The notes under the pieces are model-generated. The model was not told where the DNA came from. It did no database searches and worked only from the letters and a program-made list of their open reading frames with translations. A stretch of 63,831 bases of DNA, the filler included, from Octopus bimaculoides (Eukaryota), in assembly GCF_001194135.2 (NCBI RefSeq). It is 5 parts of 5 records of this genome, joined end to end, with 100 filler letters (N's around TTAATTAATTAA, not from the genome) between each part and the next. Parts side by side here need not be neighbours in the genome. Positions count along the whole stretch, not along the records: positions 27,796 to 57,464 come from NC_068981.1; 4 more parts are not named here. One strand, written 5' to 3'. Below are positions 41,300-51,995 of the stretch, piece by piece (position 1 is the stretch's first letter; every line of letters starts with the position of its first letter). The translations under genes and the position numbers were made by a program.

Positions 41300-42872
41300 A
41301 TCAAGCCTATGCATTGCAGAAAAACCAGAAAATTATTAACTGCATACGGAAGTCACCACCCCAAAGCAGACGCAGACAGAATATAGCTATCCCGCTCAGA
41401 TACAGATAAAGAACTATTATAAAATAACAGTTGAACAAGAAAAGTACTTAGAATCAAAAAGTGGAAGACTAATATATGTAATAAAACAACATGGGAAAAA
41501 GAAAACGTTGTTCTCTATACACAAGGAAGCAACAAAATATAAAAGAGACAAAAAACAACATGGAAACACAACTACAAAACATACTAAAGACGAAATAGAG
41601 AAAAATCTCTCCGTGACCAATACCCTGCAAGGTTTGACAAAGAAGAAGTGAGTCTAAGTAAAAGCCAACAATGGTTCAAAAGCTCTGGACTAAAAGCCGA
41701 AAAGAAGGATTGATTCTTGTTGCACAAGACAAATGTCTGACTACAAACAGCTATAAAAGCAAAATAATGAAAAGAAGCCCGAACACCAAATGCAGAATGT
41801 GCTAACACGACAGTTGATAACATCATCACAGGCTGTCCAGTCCTTGCCAAATCTAAATATATATACAGACACGAACGAGCAAGTATTTATATCCACTGGA
41901 AAATATGCCAACACTATAGCATAAAAACTGACAATAAATGATATAAACATGTGCCAAACAAAGTCCAAAACAACAACCAAGCCACAATAGTCTGGGATAT
42001 GCCTGTTCAAATCGGCAAAGAAATAAAAGCTAATCACCCAGGCATAATAGCTAGGGATTGGAAAAAAAGACCCGCTTACTGATAGACATCGCACTCCCTT
42101 CTGCCCAAAATATTATTCAAAAAGAAGTGAAGAGATTGTACAAAGACCTCGAAATTGAAGTCTTCAATATGTGGGGTATAAAGGTGAAAATAATGTTTTC
42201 TAATCTAGGCACAAGGCCCGAATTTTTTGTGGAGAGGGGATCAGTCGATAAGATCGACACCAGTACGCAACTGGTACTTAATGTATCGACCCCGAAAGGA
42301 TGAAAGGTAAAGTTGACCTCGGCGGAATTTGGACTCAGATCATAAAGACAAACGAAATATCGCTAAGCATTTCGCCCGGTGTGCTAACGTGTCTGCCAGC
42401 TCGCCACCTTGAAGGTGAAAATAATGCCAGTAATAACTGGAGCATTAAGCATGATAAAAAAAGCATGAACCAAAATGCAGAAGCCATACCTGAATCCTCA
42501 ACACTACACACTATCCAAAATATAGCCATGCTAGGAACAGCCCACATCCTACACAATACACTATCAATCCAATAATAAAACAATCCACAAACGCAAAGCA
42601 CACTCTATATAGCAAATATCCAATAAAATAAACTACTAACAGCAGGCCAATTACCCAACGCATTACACACAACACACAATACAGACACTAATACAACAAA
42701 AGACTGCCCCACACCCCATAAAAACAGAAACTGATGATGTAATAAAGTACTGGGGAGAGGTTTCACACTCAACAACAAAAAAAAACACACAATGTTGCAC
42801 ACACCCCAGCAGAGCGCAGTGGTGTAGCAGGTGATGCAGTAGAAATTTGCCTGAAACTACCAAATATTGACT
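41300..42872 (+). mobile_element. Decayed 5'-truncated R4/Dong copy (copy 1), interrupted by a SINE
   Basis: Translates as TRKLLTAYGSHHPKADADRI, W(F)KSSGLK, PD...LLIDIALP, YKDLEIEV, and after the SINE PVITGAL...LGTAHILHNTLSIQ*. Followed by 3' UTR and (AAT)n. 5' boundary approximate. Confidence 0.8.
42196..42411 (-). mobile_element. tRNA-derived SINE (family A, octopus OR-like) inserted in R4 copy 1 with a 15-bp TSD
   Basis: Reverse complement reads GGCGAGCTGGCAGA...GAGTCCAAATTCCGCCGAGGTC...CCTTTCGGGGTCGAT. AAGGTGAAAATAATG is duplicated at 42181-42195 and 42412-42426, and the R4 frame resumes after it. Confidence 0.9.
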
Positions 42873-42879
42873 AATAATA

Positions 42880-42946
<67 letters not shown>

Positions 42947-42963
42947 TAATAAAAATAATAATA
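42873..42963 (+). repeat. (AAT)n tract between R4 copies 1 and 2
   Basis: Seen directly. Confidence 0.95.
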
Positions 42964-42968
42964 ATTAG

Positions 42969-44177
42969 CTAGCAGATGGGAACAGAAACCTCTGCATGGC
43001 AAGTATGTGGCTCGTAGCAAACAAGCTGATGTCGACCAGAAACGCACGCNNNNNNNNNNNNNNNNNNNNNNNNNNNNNNNNNNNNNNNNNNNNNNNNNNN
43101 NNNNNNNNNNNNNNNNNNNNNNNNNNNNNNNNNNNNNNNNNNNNNNNNNNNNNNNNNNNNNNNNNNNNNNNNNNNNNNNNNNNNNNNNNNNNNNNNNNNN
43201 NNNNNNNNNNNNNNNNNNNNNNNNNNNNNNNNNNNNNNNNNNNNNNNNNNNNNNNNNNNNNNNNNNNNNNNNNNNNNNNNNNNNNNNNNNNNNNNNNNNN
43301 NNNNNNNNNNNNNNNNNNNNNNNNNNNNNNNNNNNNNNNNNNNNNNNNNNNNNNNNNNNNNNNNNNNNNNNNNNNNNNNNNNNNNNNNNNNNNNNNNNNN
43401 NNNNNNNNNNNNNNNNNNNNNNNNNNNNNNNNNNNNNNNNNNNNNNNNNNNNNNNNNNNNNNNNNNNNNNNNNNNNNNNNNNNNNNNNNNNNNNNNNNNN
43501 NNNNNNNNNNNNNNNNNNNNNNNNNNNNNNNNNNNNNNNNNNNNNNNNNNNNNNNNNNNNNNNNNNNNNNNNNNNNNNNNNNNNNNNNNNNNNNNNNNNN
43601 NNNNNNNNNNNNNNNNNNNNNNNNNNNNNNNNNNNNNNNNNNNNNNNNNNNNNNNNNNNNNNNNNNNNNNNNNNNNNNNNNNNNNNNNNNNNNNNNNNNN
43701 NNNNNNNNNNNNNNNNNNNNNNNNNNNNNNNNNNNNNNNNNNNNNNNNNNNNNNNNNNNNNNNNNNNNNNNNNNNNNNNNNNNNNNNNNNNNNNNNNNNN
43801 NNNNNNNNNNNNNNNNNNNNNNNNNNNNNNNNNNNNNNNNNNNNNNNNNNNNNNNNNNNNNNNNNNNNNNNNNNNNNNNNNNNNNNNNNNNNNNNNNNNN
43901 NNNNNNNNNNNNNNNNNNNNNNNNNNNNNNNNNNNNNNNNNNNNNNNNNNNNNNNNNNNNNNNNNNNNNNNNNNNNNACCTGAAGAAAATTCTAACTGGG
44001 CCCCACCTGCAAGGTCATGCGCAGTTTATTTTGATATGAGACCACTATGTCGCGCACATATGGTTGTGATGCATGTGCCTGGTGTACCCTTATCAGACGG
44101 GTAGTCATGATGGGTATACTGGGCTTCGTATATTTTACCCCAGTGTCACTTTGATGGCATGCCCTGCTCTCTCACTC
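42969..44177 (+). mobile_element. 5'-truncated R4/Dong copy (copy 2) spanning an N gap
   Basis: Left of the gap: RWEQKPLHGKYVARSKQADVDQKRT. Right of the gap: LKKILT (C-terminal AHILRKIL equivalent), then 3' UTR and (AAT)n. Gap size (~930) fits the missing RLE region. Confidence 0.75.
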
Positions 44178-44187
44178 AATAATAATG

Positions 44188-44231
<44 letters not shown>
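44178..44231 (+). repeat. (AAT)n tract after R4 copy 2
   Basis: Seen directly. Confidence 0.95.
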
Positions 44232-44232
<1 letters not shown>

Positions 44233-44429
44233 TAGAAAGGATTGAGGTAACTCCTCCTGAAGATATAGAGTCAAAATTAAAAGAAAAGTGCCATTGTTAT
44301 CTAGTGAACGATATTTCGACATCTTGTGTGTCTTCAACTGGTTCAAAAAATAATTTTGTCAATCTACGTCATTTTGGTTAATATAGAAAAGATTGAAGTA
44401 ACTCCTCCTGAAGATATAGAGTCTAAAGC

Positions 44430-44969
44430 TATATCAACACTATCGAATAACAGAAAAAAATGATGGTAGAGGCACACACCAGAAAAGGTCACAGAAAATG
44501 AGAAAGCAACAATAATATGAGATATGCCAATACACATAGATAGAAAAATTAAGGCCAATAGGCCAGATATAGTTGTCAGAGATCACGAAGAAAAAAAATG
44601 CTTTCTAGTTGATGTGTCAATGCCAACAGATGACACCGTTTCTCTAAAAGAAATGGAGAAACTTTCAAAATACAAAGACCTGGAAATAGAGGTAACTCGA
44701 ATGTGGAATCTAAAAACAGAAACAATTCCTGTCATAATAGGCGCATTAGGTATGATAAAAAATATTCAGACAAATACATAACAAAAATACCACGACTAAC
44801 AAATATGTATAACATACAGAAAATAGCACTACTAAGCACCGCACACATTCTACGTAAACCACTTTCAATACAGTAACTATAAGAGCATCACAACAAACCA
44901 CAGCACATACCCAAGGTACACAGAGTTGATCTCGGTAGTGAAGTGGAAGCACTTGATAAAAATAAGACT

Positions 44970-44973
<4 letters not shown>
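44430..44973 (+). mobile_element. 5'-truncated R4/Dong copy (copy 3), RLE region and 3' UTR
   Basis: RHTPEKVTENEK...DMPIHIDRKIKANRPDIVV...FLVDVSMP...EKLSKYKDLEIEVTRMW...PVIIGALG, then (AAT)n. Confidence 0.88.

Positions 44974-45045
<72 letters not shown>
44974..45045 (+). repeat. (AAT)n tract after R4 copy 3, also the tail of an antisense SINE
   Basis: Seen directly. Confidence 0.95.
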
Positions 45046-45245
45046 CTTTTCAAGGCCTGAAATTTTGGGGTGGGGAGTAATCGATTATATCGACCCCAGC
45101 AATTGACCGGGGCTTATTTTGTTGATCCCGAAAAGATAAAAGGAAAAGTCGATCTCGGCAGAATTTGAACTCAGAACGTAATGATGGGCGAAATACTGCT
45201 AAGTATTTCATCCAGCATAGTAACGATTCTGCAAGCTCGCCGCCT
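45046..45245 (-). mobile_element. Family A SINE embedded in (AAT)n
   Basis: ATCGACCCCAG...AAAAGTCGATCTCGGCAGAATTTGAACTCAGAACGTA...GCTCGCCGCC. Confidence 0.85.
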
Positions 45246-45604
45246 TAATAACAACAACAACAGCAATAATAATAATAATGATAATGATAATAATGATAAT
45301 AATAATAATGATGATGATGATGATGATGATAATAATAATAACTAGCTGGACCCGTGAAAACTTCACGGAAAATATAGAAAAAATGTAAGCGTCTGTAAAT
45401 TGTGTGCTGGTGCTATGAGAAATGTTTCTATGTTGTGACACAGAATATAGAAAGAAGTGTAAAACCGATAACTATATAATCCAACCAAAATATCTCAGTT
45501 AAGCAAACGTAAACAGAATAACTGTTTAACCTTAAAATACATTTTACATATTCAAAGAACCTTCTTTGTTTGGTGGTACGGAACGTTCTCCTGGTATTTT
45601 TTTA

Positions 45605-45800
45605 TTCTTTTACTTGTTTCAGTCATTTGACAGTAGCCATGCCGGAGCACCGCCCTTTAGTCGAAGAAATCGACCCCTGGACTTATTCTCTATAAGCGTG
45701 GTGCCTATTCTATCAGTCTTTTCTGCCGAACAGCTAAGTTACGGAGACGCAAACACCAACATCAGTTGTCAATTGATGGTGGTGGGAGACAAACACAGGC

Positions 45801-45838
<38 letters not shown>

Positions 45839-45915
45839 GACGGGCTTCCTTCAGTTTCCGTCAACCAAATTCTCTCACGAGGCTTTGGTCGGACCGAGGT
45901 TATAGCAGAAGCCAC
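45605..45915 (-). mobile_element. SINE family B
   Basis: TTTTACTTGTTTCAGTCATTTGAC...GGAGCACCGCC...CAGTTTCCGTC...GGCTTTGGTCGG. Confidence 0.85.
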
Positions 45916-46431
45916 TCTTTAAAATATAGAGTTGAATTTCATGTAGCCACTTGTTGGCAGCTTTTCTCCCCCACCCATTTTGTAGGAGTTATTACCCATT
46001 TTCATGGGCTCTTTTCATAGCTATACCCCGTTCGAAATTTGCCTTAGTTTTTGTATGAAAAAAAAAGTGAAGAGAGTGGGGCTTGTTTCTATTTTGTAGA
46101 GGAAACGTTAAACGTGCCTGAAAAAAAAAACATGGTCTTTCTCGCCAACTAAAAGACACGAAAATCTATCAAACGAAGCGAATAAGTACTAGGGTGGGGG
46201 AAAGAAGAGAAATCTCACCCTCGATCCTTCTAGAACTCCTTGAATGAAAACGTAAACAGCTGAAAGACTTTCCATCTCTTCATTACGAAATGTCTTACCC
46301 TCGCCTTCATTGTTAAAAGTAAAGAAGGTAGAAAAGATCGATCGTATTGTTTAATTGTCATTTTAAATGACTGAGGCTTTCCGTTCTCTGTCTCCATCGC
46401 TTCACTTCTTTTCCCTACAGTTAAGAGAGTG

Positions 46432-46712
46432 AAGGTGCGTGGCTCAGTGGTTAGGCATATTCGGCCCACGAGCATAAAGTCATAAGTACGATTCCCAGCG
46501 GCGCGCTGTGTTCTTGGCAAAAATGAGATATAGCTATAATTCAAAGGGGCGAGCCTTGTCACATTCTGTGCGAGGCTGAACCTCCCTGAGGACTGCGTTA
46601 TGGTCCGCATGTCTGTGGAATACTCAGCCAGTTGCACGTTAATGTTTCGAGCAGACTGTTCCGTTGATCAGATAATCAGGAATCTCGTCGTCGTAACCGA
46701 CAGAGTGCCATT
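46432..46712 (+). mobile_element. SINE family C, near full length
   Basis: TGGCTCAGTGGTTAGG A-box, GTACGATTCC B-box-like, body as 30990-31319. A further fragment lies at ~47040-47190. Confidence 0.75.
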
Positions 46713-47877
46713 TTTTAAAAAGAGTGAAAGAGAAAGAAATGTTTCATATCGTAAGGCAAAAATGTCACGTGTTTAGCATAAGCAGTGAAAGCTAAGACGA
46801 AATAATTGCTATTCCGTCGTGTAGTGACTTCACCCTCGACTCATGCTCATTTTGATGAAAGAAAAACAAAAAACAGCCCGTGCACCGGTGTTTATCTGGG
46901 AGCTTGGCTTCCAGACCTGTGAGACCCACAAATGCTACTCTTTAGGACCGGATTAACATCCATAGTGACCGTAATTACTAAAAATATTTTCCTACCCCTA
47001 TATAAAATCTTTTTTCGTTTTCTTCCCACCGCTTGAAGGTTTATCTTGTCCCAGTCCACTCAGCTGGCCAAAATGAGTTGTAACTGTAATTTAAAGGGAC
47101 CAGCCTTGTCATAATTGTGTGAGGCTGAATCTCACTGAGAAATACATTAATGGTAAGCCTGTCTGCGAAGTACTCAGCCTCTTGCGAATTAATTTTATCC
47201 GCATGTGGTAAAGAAAAGTGTAAGTAACATCCAATATTTGTTGTGGTTATTTGTCTTTGATTTAACAATGTGTCTATGCATCTATGAATCAATTTTTTCT
47301 TTCGATCTATTTATCTACTTTTCTTTCGATCTATGTATCTACTTCTCTTGCGACCTATATATCTATTTTTCTTGCGATGTATGTTTCAGTCTACTCTGAA
47401 AATACTGATAGGTATTTAAAAACACAAAACGAACGCCGTCTTCCTTTCAGTCACCACTCACTGTCTCTCTCACTTTCTCTCTCTCTTTCTGTCTCACTTC
47501 CTCTCTGTCCCTCCTCTCTCTCGCTTTTAATTCAACAATGTCTGTATGTATCTATGTATGCATTTACTTTTCTTTCGATGTATGCATCAGTCTACTGTAA
47601 AAATACGGAAAACCATTTAAAAAGAAAAAAGGTACGTCACATCCCTGTCAGTCATCACTCACTGTCTTTTTAACTCTCTCTCTCTCTCTCTCTCTCTTTC
47701 TTACTTCCTCTGTGACCCTCCCCTCTCCAGCTTTGCCACTCACTTCAATTATACCTCCTCTACTTAAGACCTTTTATTTTTTTTTGTCTTTGTACCTCCC
47801 CACTCAAACTTTTTACCTCTTCCTTTGAAGTAAGTGTAACGCACAGATACGTACGTGCAAAAGCAAAAAGTTAGCGT

Positions 47878-47878
<1 letters not shown>

Positions 47879-47930
<52 letters not shown>

Positions 47931-47934
47931 TAAT
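47879..47934 (+). repeat. (AAT)n tract before R4 copy 4
   Basis: Seen directly. Confidence 0.95.
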
Positions 47935-48890
47935 AAAACCTCTCAAAACCTCTCAATGGCAAATACCCAAAGAGAACAAATAATGCAGATATTGACACAG
48001 CCCTTACCCATGAATGGCTAATGGCCTCTGGCTTGAAATCAGAAACAGAGGGGTTTATTATAGCAGCCCAAGATCAATGCCTACCTACAAAGAACTACCA
48101 GGCCAACATATTAAAGAACGGCAGCTCCCCATTATGTCGTATATGCCAACAACAAAATGAGACCATCGATCATGTTGTCTCCATGTGCAGTCTGCTTGCG
48201 CTTACAGAGTATCTCAACAGGCATAATAGAGCTGCACAATATATTCACTGGGTAATATGCAAAAACCTGGACTTGCCCCATGACAAAAACTGGTGGGAAT
48301 ACAAACCACCCCCAGTACTTGAAAATGATCACACTGCACTCCCCTGGAACTTCACCATTCAAACTGACAGAAAGATAGACGCAAATAGGCCAGACATCAT
48401 ACTGAAAGACTTCAGACAAAAATCATGCCTCCTCATTGATATGACTGTCCCAATCAATATAAACGTATCTGTCAAGACCTACCAAAAACTGAGCAAATAT
48501 AAAGATCTAGAAATAGAAATTAGCAAAATGTGGAACCTGAAGACGAAAACAATACCTATTGTCATAGGTGCCCTGGGAATGACAGCGAAACGGGCTGATT
48601 ACTACCTAGCTCAGATACCAGGAAACCCCAAAATGGCTGAAGTCCAAAAGATAGTGCTCATGGGAACTGCCCATATCCTACGTAAAATACTGTCTATGTG
48701 ATCTCAAATTTTAAAGCAAACATAATTTTCTTATGGTTTCTTAAACATTCACTTGAACAAAACTGTACAAATCCAAATATATGGTACCCTAGGCATAACG
48801 CCTACATGAACTTCTAACTTGTTGTCTCTTGAGGTCTCTGGGTGAGACTTGGATACAACTTGTACAAATGCAAAACAAAAGTCAAACATA
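47935..48890 (+). mobile_element. 5'-truncated R4/Dong copy (copy 4): zinc knuckle, restriction-like endonuclease and 3' UTR
   Basis: Frame open from KPLNGKY through CRICQQQNETIDHVVSMC (CCHC), RHN, RPDII...LLIDMTVP...KLSKYKDL to TAHILRKILSM*. Flanked on both sides by (AAT)n. Confidence 0.92.
48021..48701 (+). pseudogene. Uninterrupted 226-aa C-terminal ORF fragment (CCHC plus PD-(D/E)xK-type RLE) of copy 4
   Basis: ORF track 48021..48701. RLE motifs typical of R2/R4-type elements. No RT upstream, so non-autonomous. Confidence 0.88.
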
Positions 48891-48891
48891 A

Positions 48892-48920
48892 AATAATAAT
48901 ATGATAATAATAATAATAAT
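48892..48920 (+). repeat. (AAT)n tract between R4 copies 4 and 5
   Basis: Seen directly. Confidence 0.95.
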
Positions 48921-48923
48921 AAA

Positions 48924-49103
48924 GGGGCATATGGGGTATTTGTTAGTGATAGCACTTCTGTTCACCATCCAAGAGTATGGATGATGATCACTACTTCACA
49001 ACAAAAGCTCAACTCTCATTTATGACTCCAAGTAGCCGGTTGTGCACGCTGGCGGTCATGCCCCGGAACCTCCACTCGACAGTGGTGCTAAACTAAATGA
49101 GAG
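48924..49103 (+). ncRNA. Predicted HDV-like (nested double-pseudoknot) self-cleaving ribozyme at the retrotransposon 5' end
   Basis: P1 GGGGCAU 48924-30 / AUGCCCC 49058-64. P2 CUCUCAUUUAU 49013-23 / ACUAAAUGAGAG 49092-103 (one bulge). P3 GAC 49024-26 / GUC 49055-57 plus U49027.G49054. P1.1 CC 49028-29 / GG 49065-66. P4 CCACU-cgac-AGUGG 49072-85. J4/2 UGCUAA with putative catalytic C49088. Folded by eye, not tested. Confidence 0.75.
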
Positions 49104-49317
49104 GAAACGGCAGTTAGACTGCTGTTGTGGCTGAAGGGATACCTTCCTTTAAGTGCATGAAGCCTGAGACGGCGGAGAGGGCGGATGACCCATAGAGTCA
49201 GATGGACAACGGCCTTGAAGGGGGAACCAGCAATGTGTGTGATACGCATAGGGCACACTCAGGTACTTAAGGAGTATGTGGCCAATCACCATGAATGCAC
49301 CCAATAGTTAACCAATA

Positions 49318-51995
49318 ATGGCTAGAGTCAATAAAAACAACCCATACCACATCGATCGTTTCGCGGGTCAAAAAGGAGCGCTCCCCCTAGTGAGGAGTCA
49401 GGCTGGGAGCGAAAAGTTGGTTACTGATTCGAGCTCTACCCACTCCCGGGCAACTGTGGGCAACTTAACCGCGGAAAACCTCAACCTGAGCCCCACCGAT
49501 GGAAGCCATACTACATGCAAAAACCCTAGAACTAAATGGAATCGGGAAGAGTATAAACTAGTAATGGAAGCATACTACACGGCGGTAGTCACAACATCAG
49601 AAGATAACACGACAAAAAGGACTTGCCAATTATGGAGACAACAAAATCCAGCTTCAAGGTTAAATATGGATCCCAACAAGTTAGGGAATGTCCGAAAAGA
49701 TATCATTAAAAATAGGAGGCTCACAGACACTGAGCTGGAAGAAATAAAAGAAAAAGTCAACAGATCTCACCGTATAACACCAAATACAAATGAAATAGAA
49801 ATAGGGACTACAGGAACCAAGAAGAAGATGTATGTGAGGAGCCCTCAATGGGTAATGAGATAGAAGAACCTGTAAAACGACCAACAGCACGAAATAGTGA
49901 CATGGATAGGGAGAAATATTTGGAACTAAAAGAAGAAACACAAAGAAAATGGGACCAGGTAAAAGCACAAGACACCACAGGCAGAGAGCCCCTACCAAAA
50001 GTCAGTATGAATAAGAACCTGAAGGAGTTGATTAAAATTGGCAATAATGTAATAGATGAGATAAAATCAACAACAATAGAACCACTAAATATAGCATCAC
50101 TAAACCAACTAGCCTATGCTACAGCTGCAGCTATTACTGATGCAAAAGGCATAAAACTAAAAGGGAAAACTGCTCAACAGAAGAAAAGACAACTAAAATG
50201 GAAAGAAAACTTAGAAAAGTATATACAATGCATGAGAGGCGACCGAAATAAGTAACGGAAACCAGGTAAACCAAAGAAAAGCCAAGAAAGTATGCAAAAG
50301 GCATGGGATCATACAAAAAATAAAATACCTAAAGCATAAAATCCAAGCAAAGGCACAACGACTGTCAAGATATATAAAGAGAAGCAAACAATTTAGACAA
50401 AACAAATTATTTAAAGAAGATGGAAAGAAATTTTACAGGAAATTCGGTAAACAACAAATAAATGTTGAGCAACCGCCAAAGAAAGAGGATATGGAAAATT
50501 TCTGGAGTACGATATGGGAAAATGAAAAACAACATAATGAAGATGCAGAATGGATTTAGGAACAAGAAACACTCCTGGAAAATAAAAAAGTACAGAAATG
50601 GGAAGATATTCAAAAGTAGGAAATCACCCCCGCCCTGAAAAAGGCCAGCAATTGGAAATCACCGGGAATAGATCAAGTACCAAACTTCTGGATCAAACAG
50701 CTAGTTGATATACATGGAGATATGCCATCAGCATACAATGAAGTCATGAAAACCCCAGAAAATAGCCCAGACTGGTTGACATAGGGAGTGACATACCTCA
50801 TACCAAAAACAAATGACACACAAAACCCAAAGAACTATAGACCAATCACCTGTCTACCAACAATGTATAAAATATTAACATCTGTAATCACTGAAAGAAC
50901 ATACACATTCCTAGAAGAAAACAACCTACTACCACAAGAACAAAAATGCTGTCGAAGAGTGAGCTACAGATGCAAGGGCCAATTGCTGATAAACAAAATG
51001 ATCCTTGAAGACTGCAAAACCAGGAAAACGAACCTGAGCACATCATGGATCGACTATAAAAAGGCGTTCGATAGTATATCTCACTCATAGATTCTGAAAG
51101 TGATGGAAGTATACAAAGTATCCCCAACTCTCATCAAGTTTATGAAACACAGCATGAATACATGGGAAACTACGTTGACGCTGAACCATTCCAGTGGATC
51201 AATAAGAAGCAGACCAATCGAAATCAAAAGTGGTATTTTCCAAGGGGACTCGCTATCACCCTTAATATTCTGCTTGGCACTGGCACCATTAAATACCATA
51301 CTCAACAAAACCAGGTATTGATATGAGATGAAGAAGAAAAAAAAGGAGTCATCTGTATACATGGATGATCTGAAAATGTACTCAAAAAATGACGAACAAC
51401 AAGGTGTACTTGCTACGGTTAAAAAGTTCAGTGATGATATAAAGATGCAGTATGGACTGGAGAAATGCGCGAAAGCCACTTTCATAAGAGGCAAACTGGC
51501 ATGTTCTGCGGATATCCACGTAGATACGGAAGCAAGAATCGAAGCATTGGACCAGAAAGAAGCATATAAATACCTGGGCATAGACGAAAGTAACGGCGTG
51601 AAATATTGAGCAATGAAAGAGATTACAAAAGAGTATTACAGGAGAGTACGGTTAGTAACAAAGACTGAACTCAACGCTGCAGACAAAATGGAAGCCATTA
51701 ACACTCTTGCAGTACTAATCGTAGCTTACAGTTTCAACATAATCAACTGGCAAATGAGCGAAATAAAGAAGATAGACTCCAAGATCAGAAAACTACTAAC
51801 CATGGCTCGAATGAACCACCCAAAAGCAGACGTGAACAGGATTTATTTACCGAGAAGCATGGGAGGTAGAGGACCAACTCAATTAGAATTATCTTACAAA
51901 ACCACTACTGTAGGATTAAATACATATCTTGAGCTGTCAAAAGATCCTCTAATGAAGCTTGTGCACCAGCATGATAAAGTAAAGAAGAATTCCAT
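49318..51995 (+). pseudogene. Disrupted single-ORF polyprotein (N-terminal region plus reverse transcriptase) of R4/Dong element
   Basis: ORF-track pieces 49318-49863, 49848-50255, 50788-51090, 51100-51321, 51328-51609 and 51613 onward join into one RT polyprotein broken by stops and frameshifts. Confidence 0.88.

Larger units (their letters stand above)
48924..51995 (+). mobile_element. R4/Dong-clade non-LTR retrotransposon with 5' end intact, 3'-truncated, ORF decayed (copy 5)
   Basis: Starts right after an (AAT)n tract. 5' UTR to ATG at 49318. RT motifs occur in successive frames: PGIDQVPNFWIK, NYRPITCLPTMYKILT, WIDYKKAFDSISHS, GIFQGDSLSPLIFCL, YMDDLK, GLEKC, YKYLG, then HPKADVNRIYLPRSMGGRG. 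Several stops and frameshifts. Ends before the zinc knuckle/RLE. Confidence 0.9.

Noticed and set aside
42873-48920. CRISPR-like repeat-spacer appearance of (AAT)n alternating with unique blocks
   Set aside because: The repeats are simple microsatellites and the spacers are kilobase retrotransposon copies in a eukaryote. No cas genes.
49010-49105. Twister ribozyme reading (GCCGG...GCCCCGG within an outer stem)
   Set aside because: Lacks the UAA cleavage loop and the short L4 pseudoknot pattern. The HDV topology accounts for all stems, including P1 with 48924-30.
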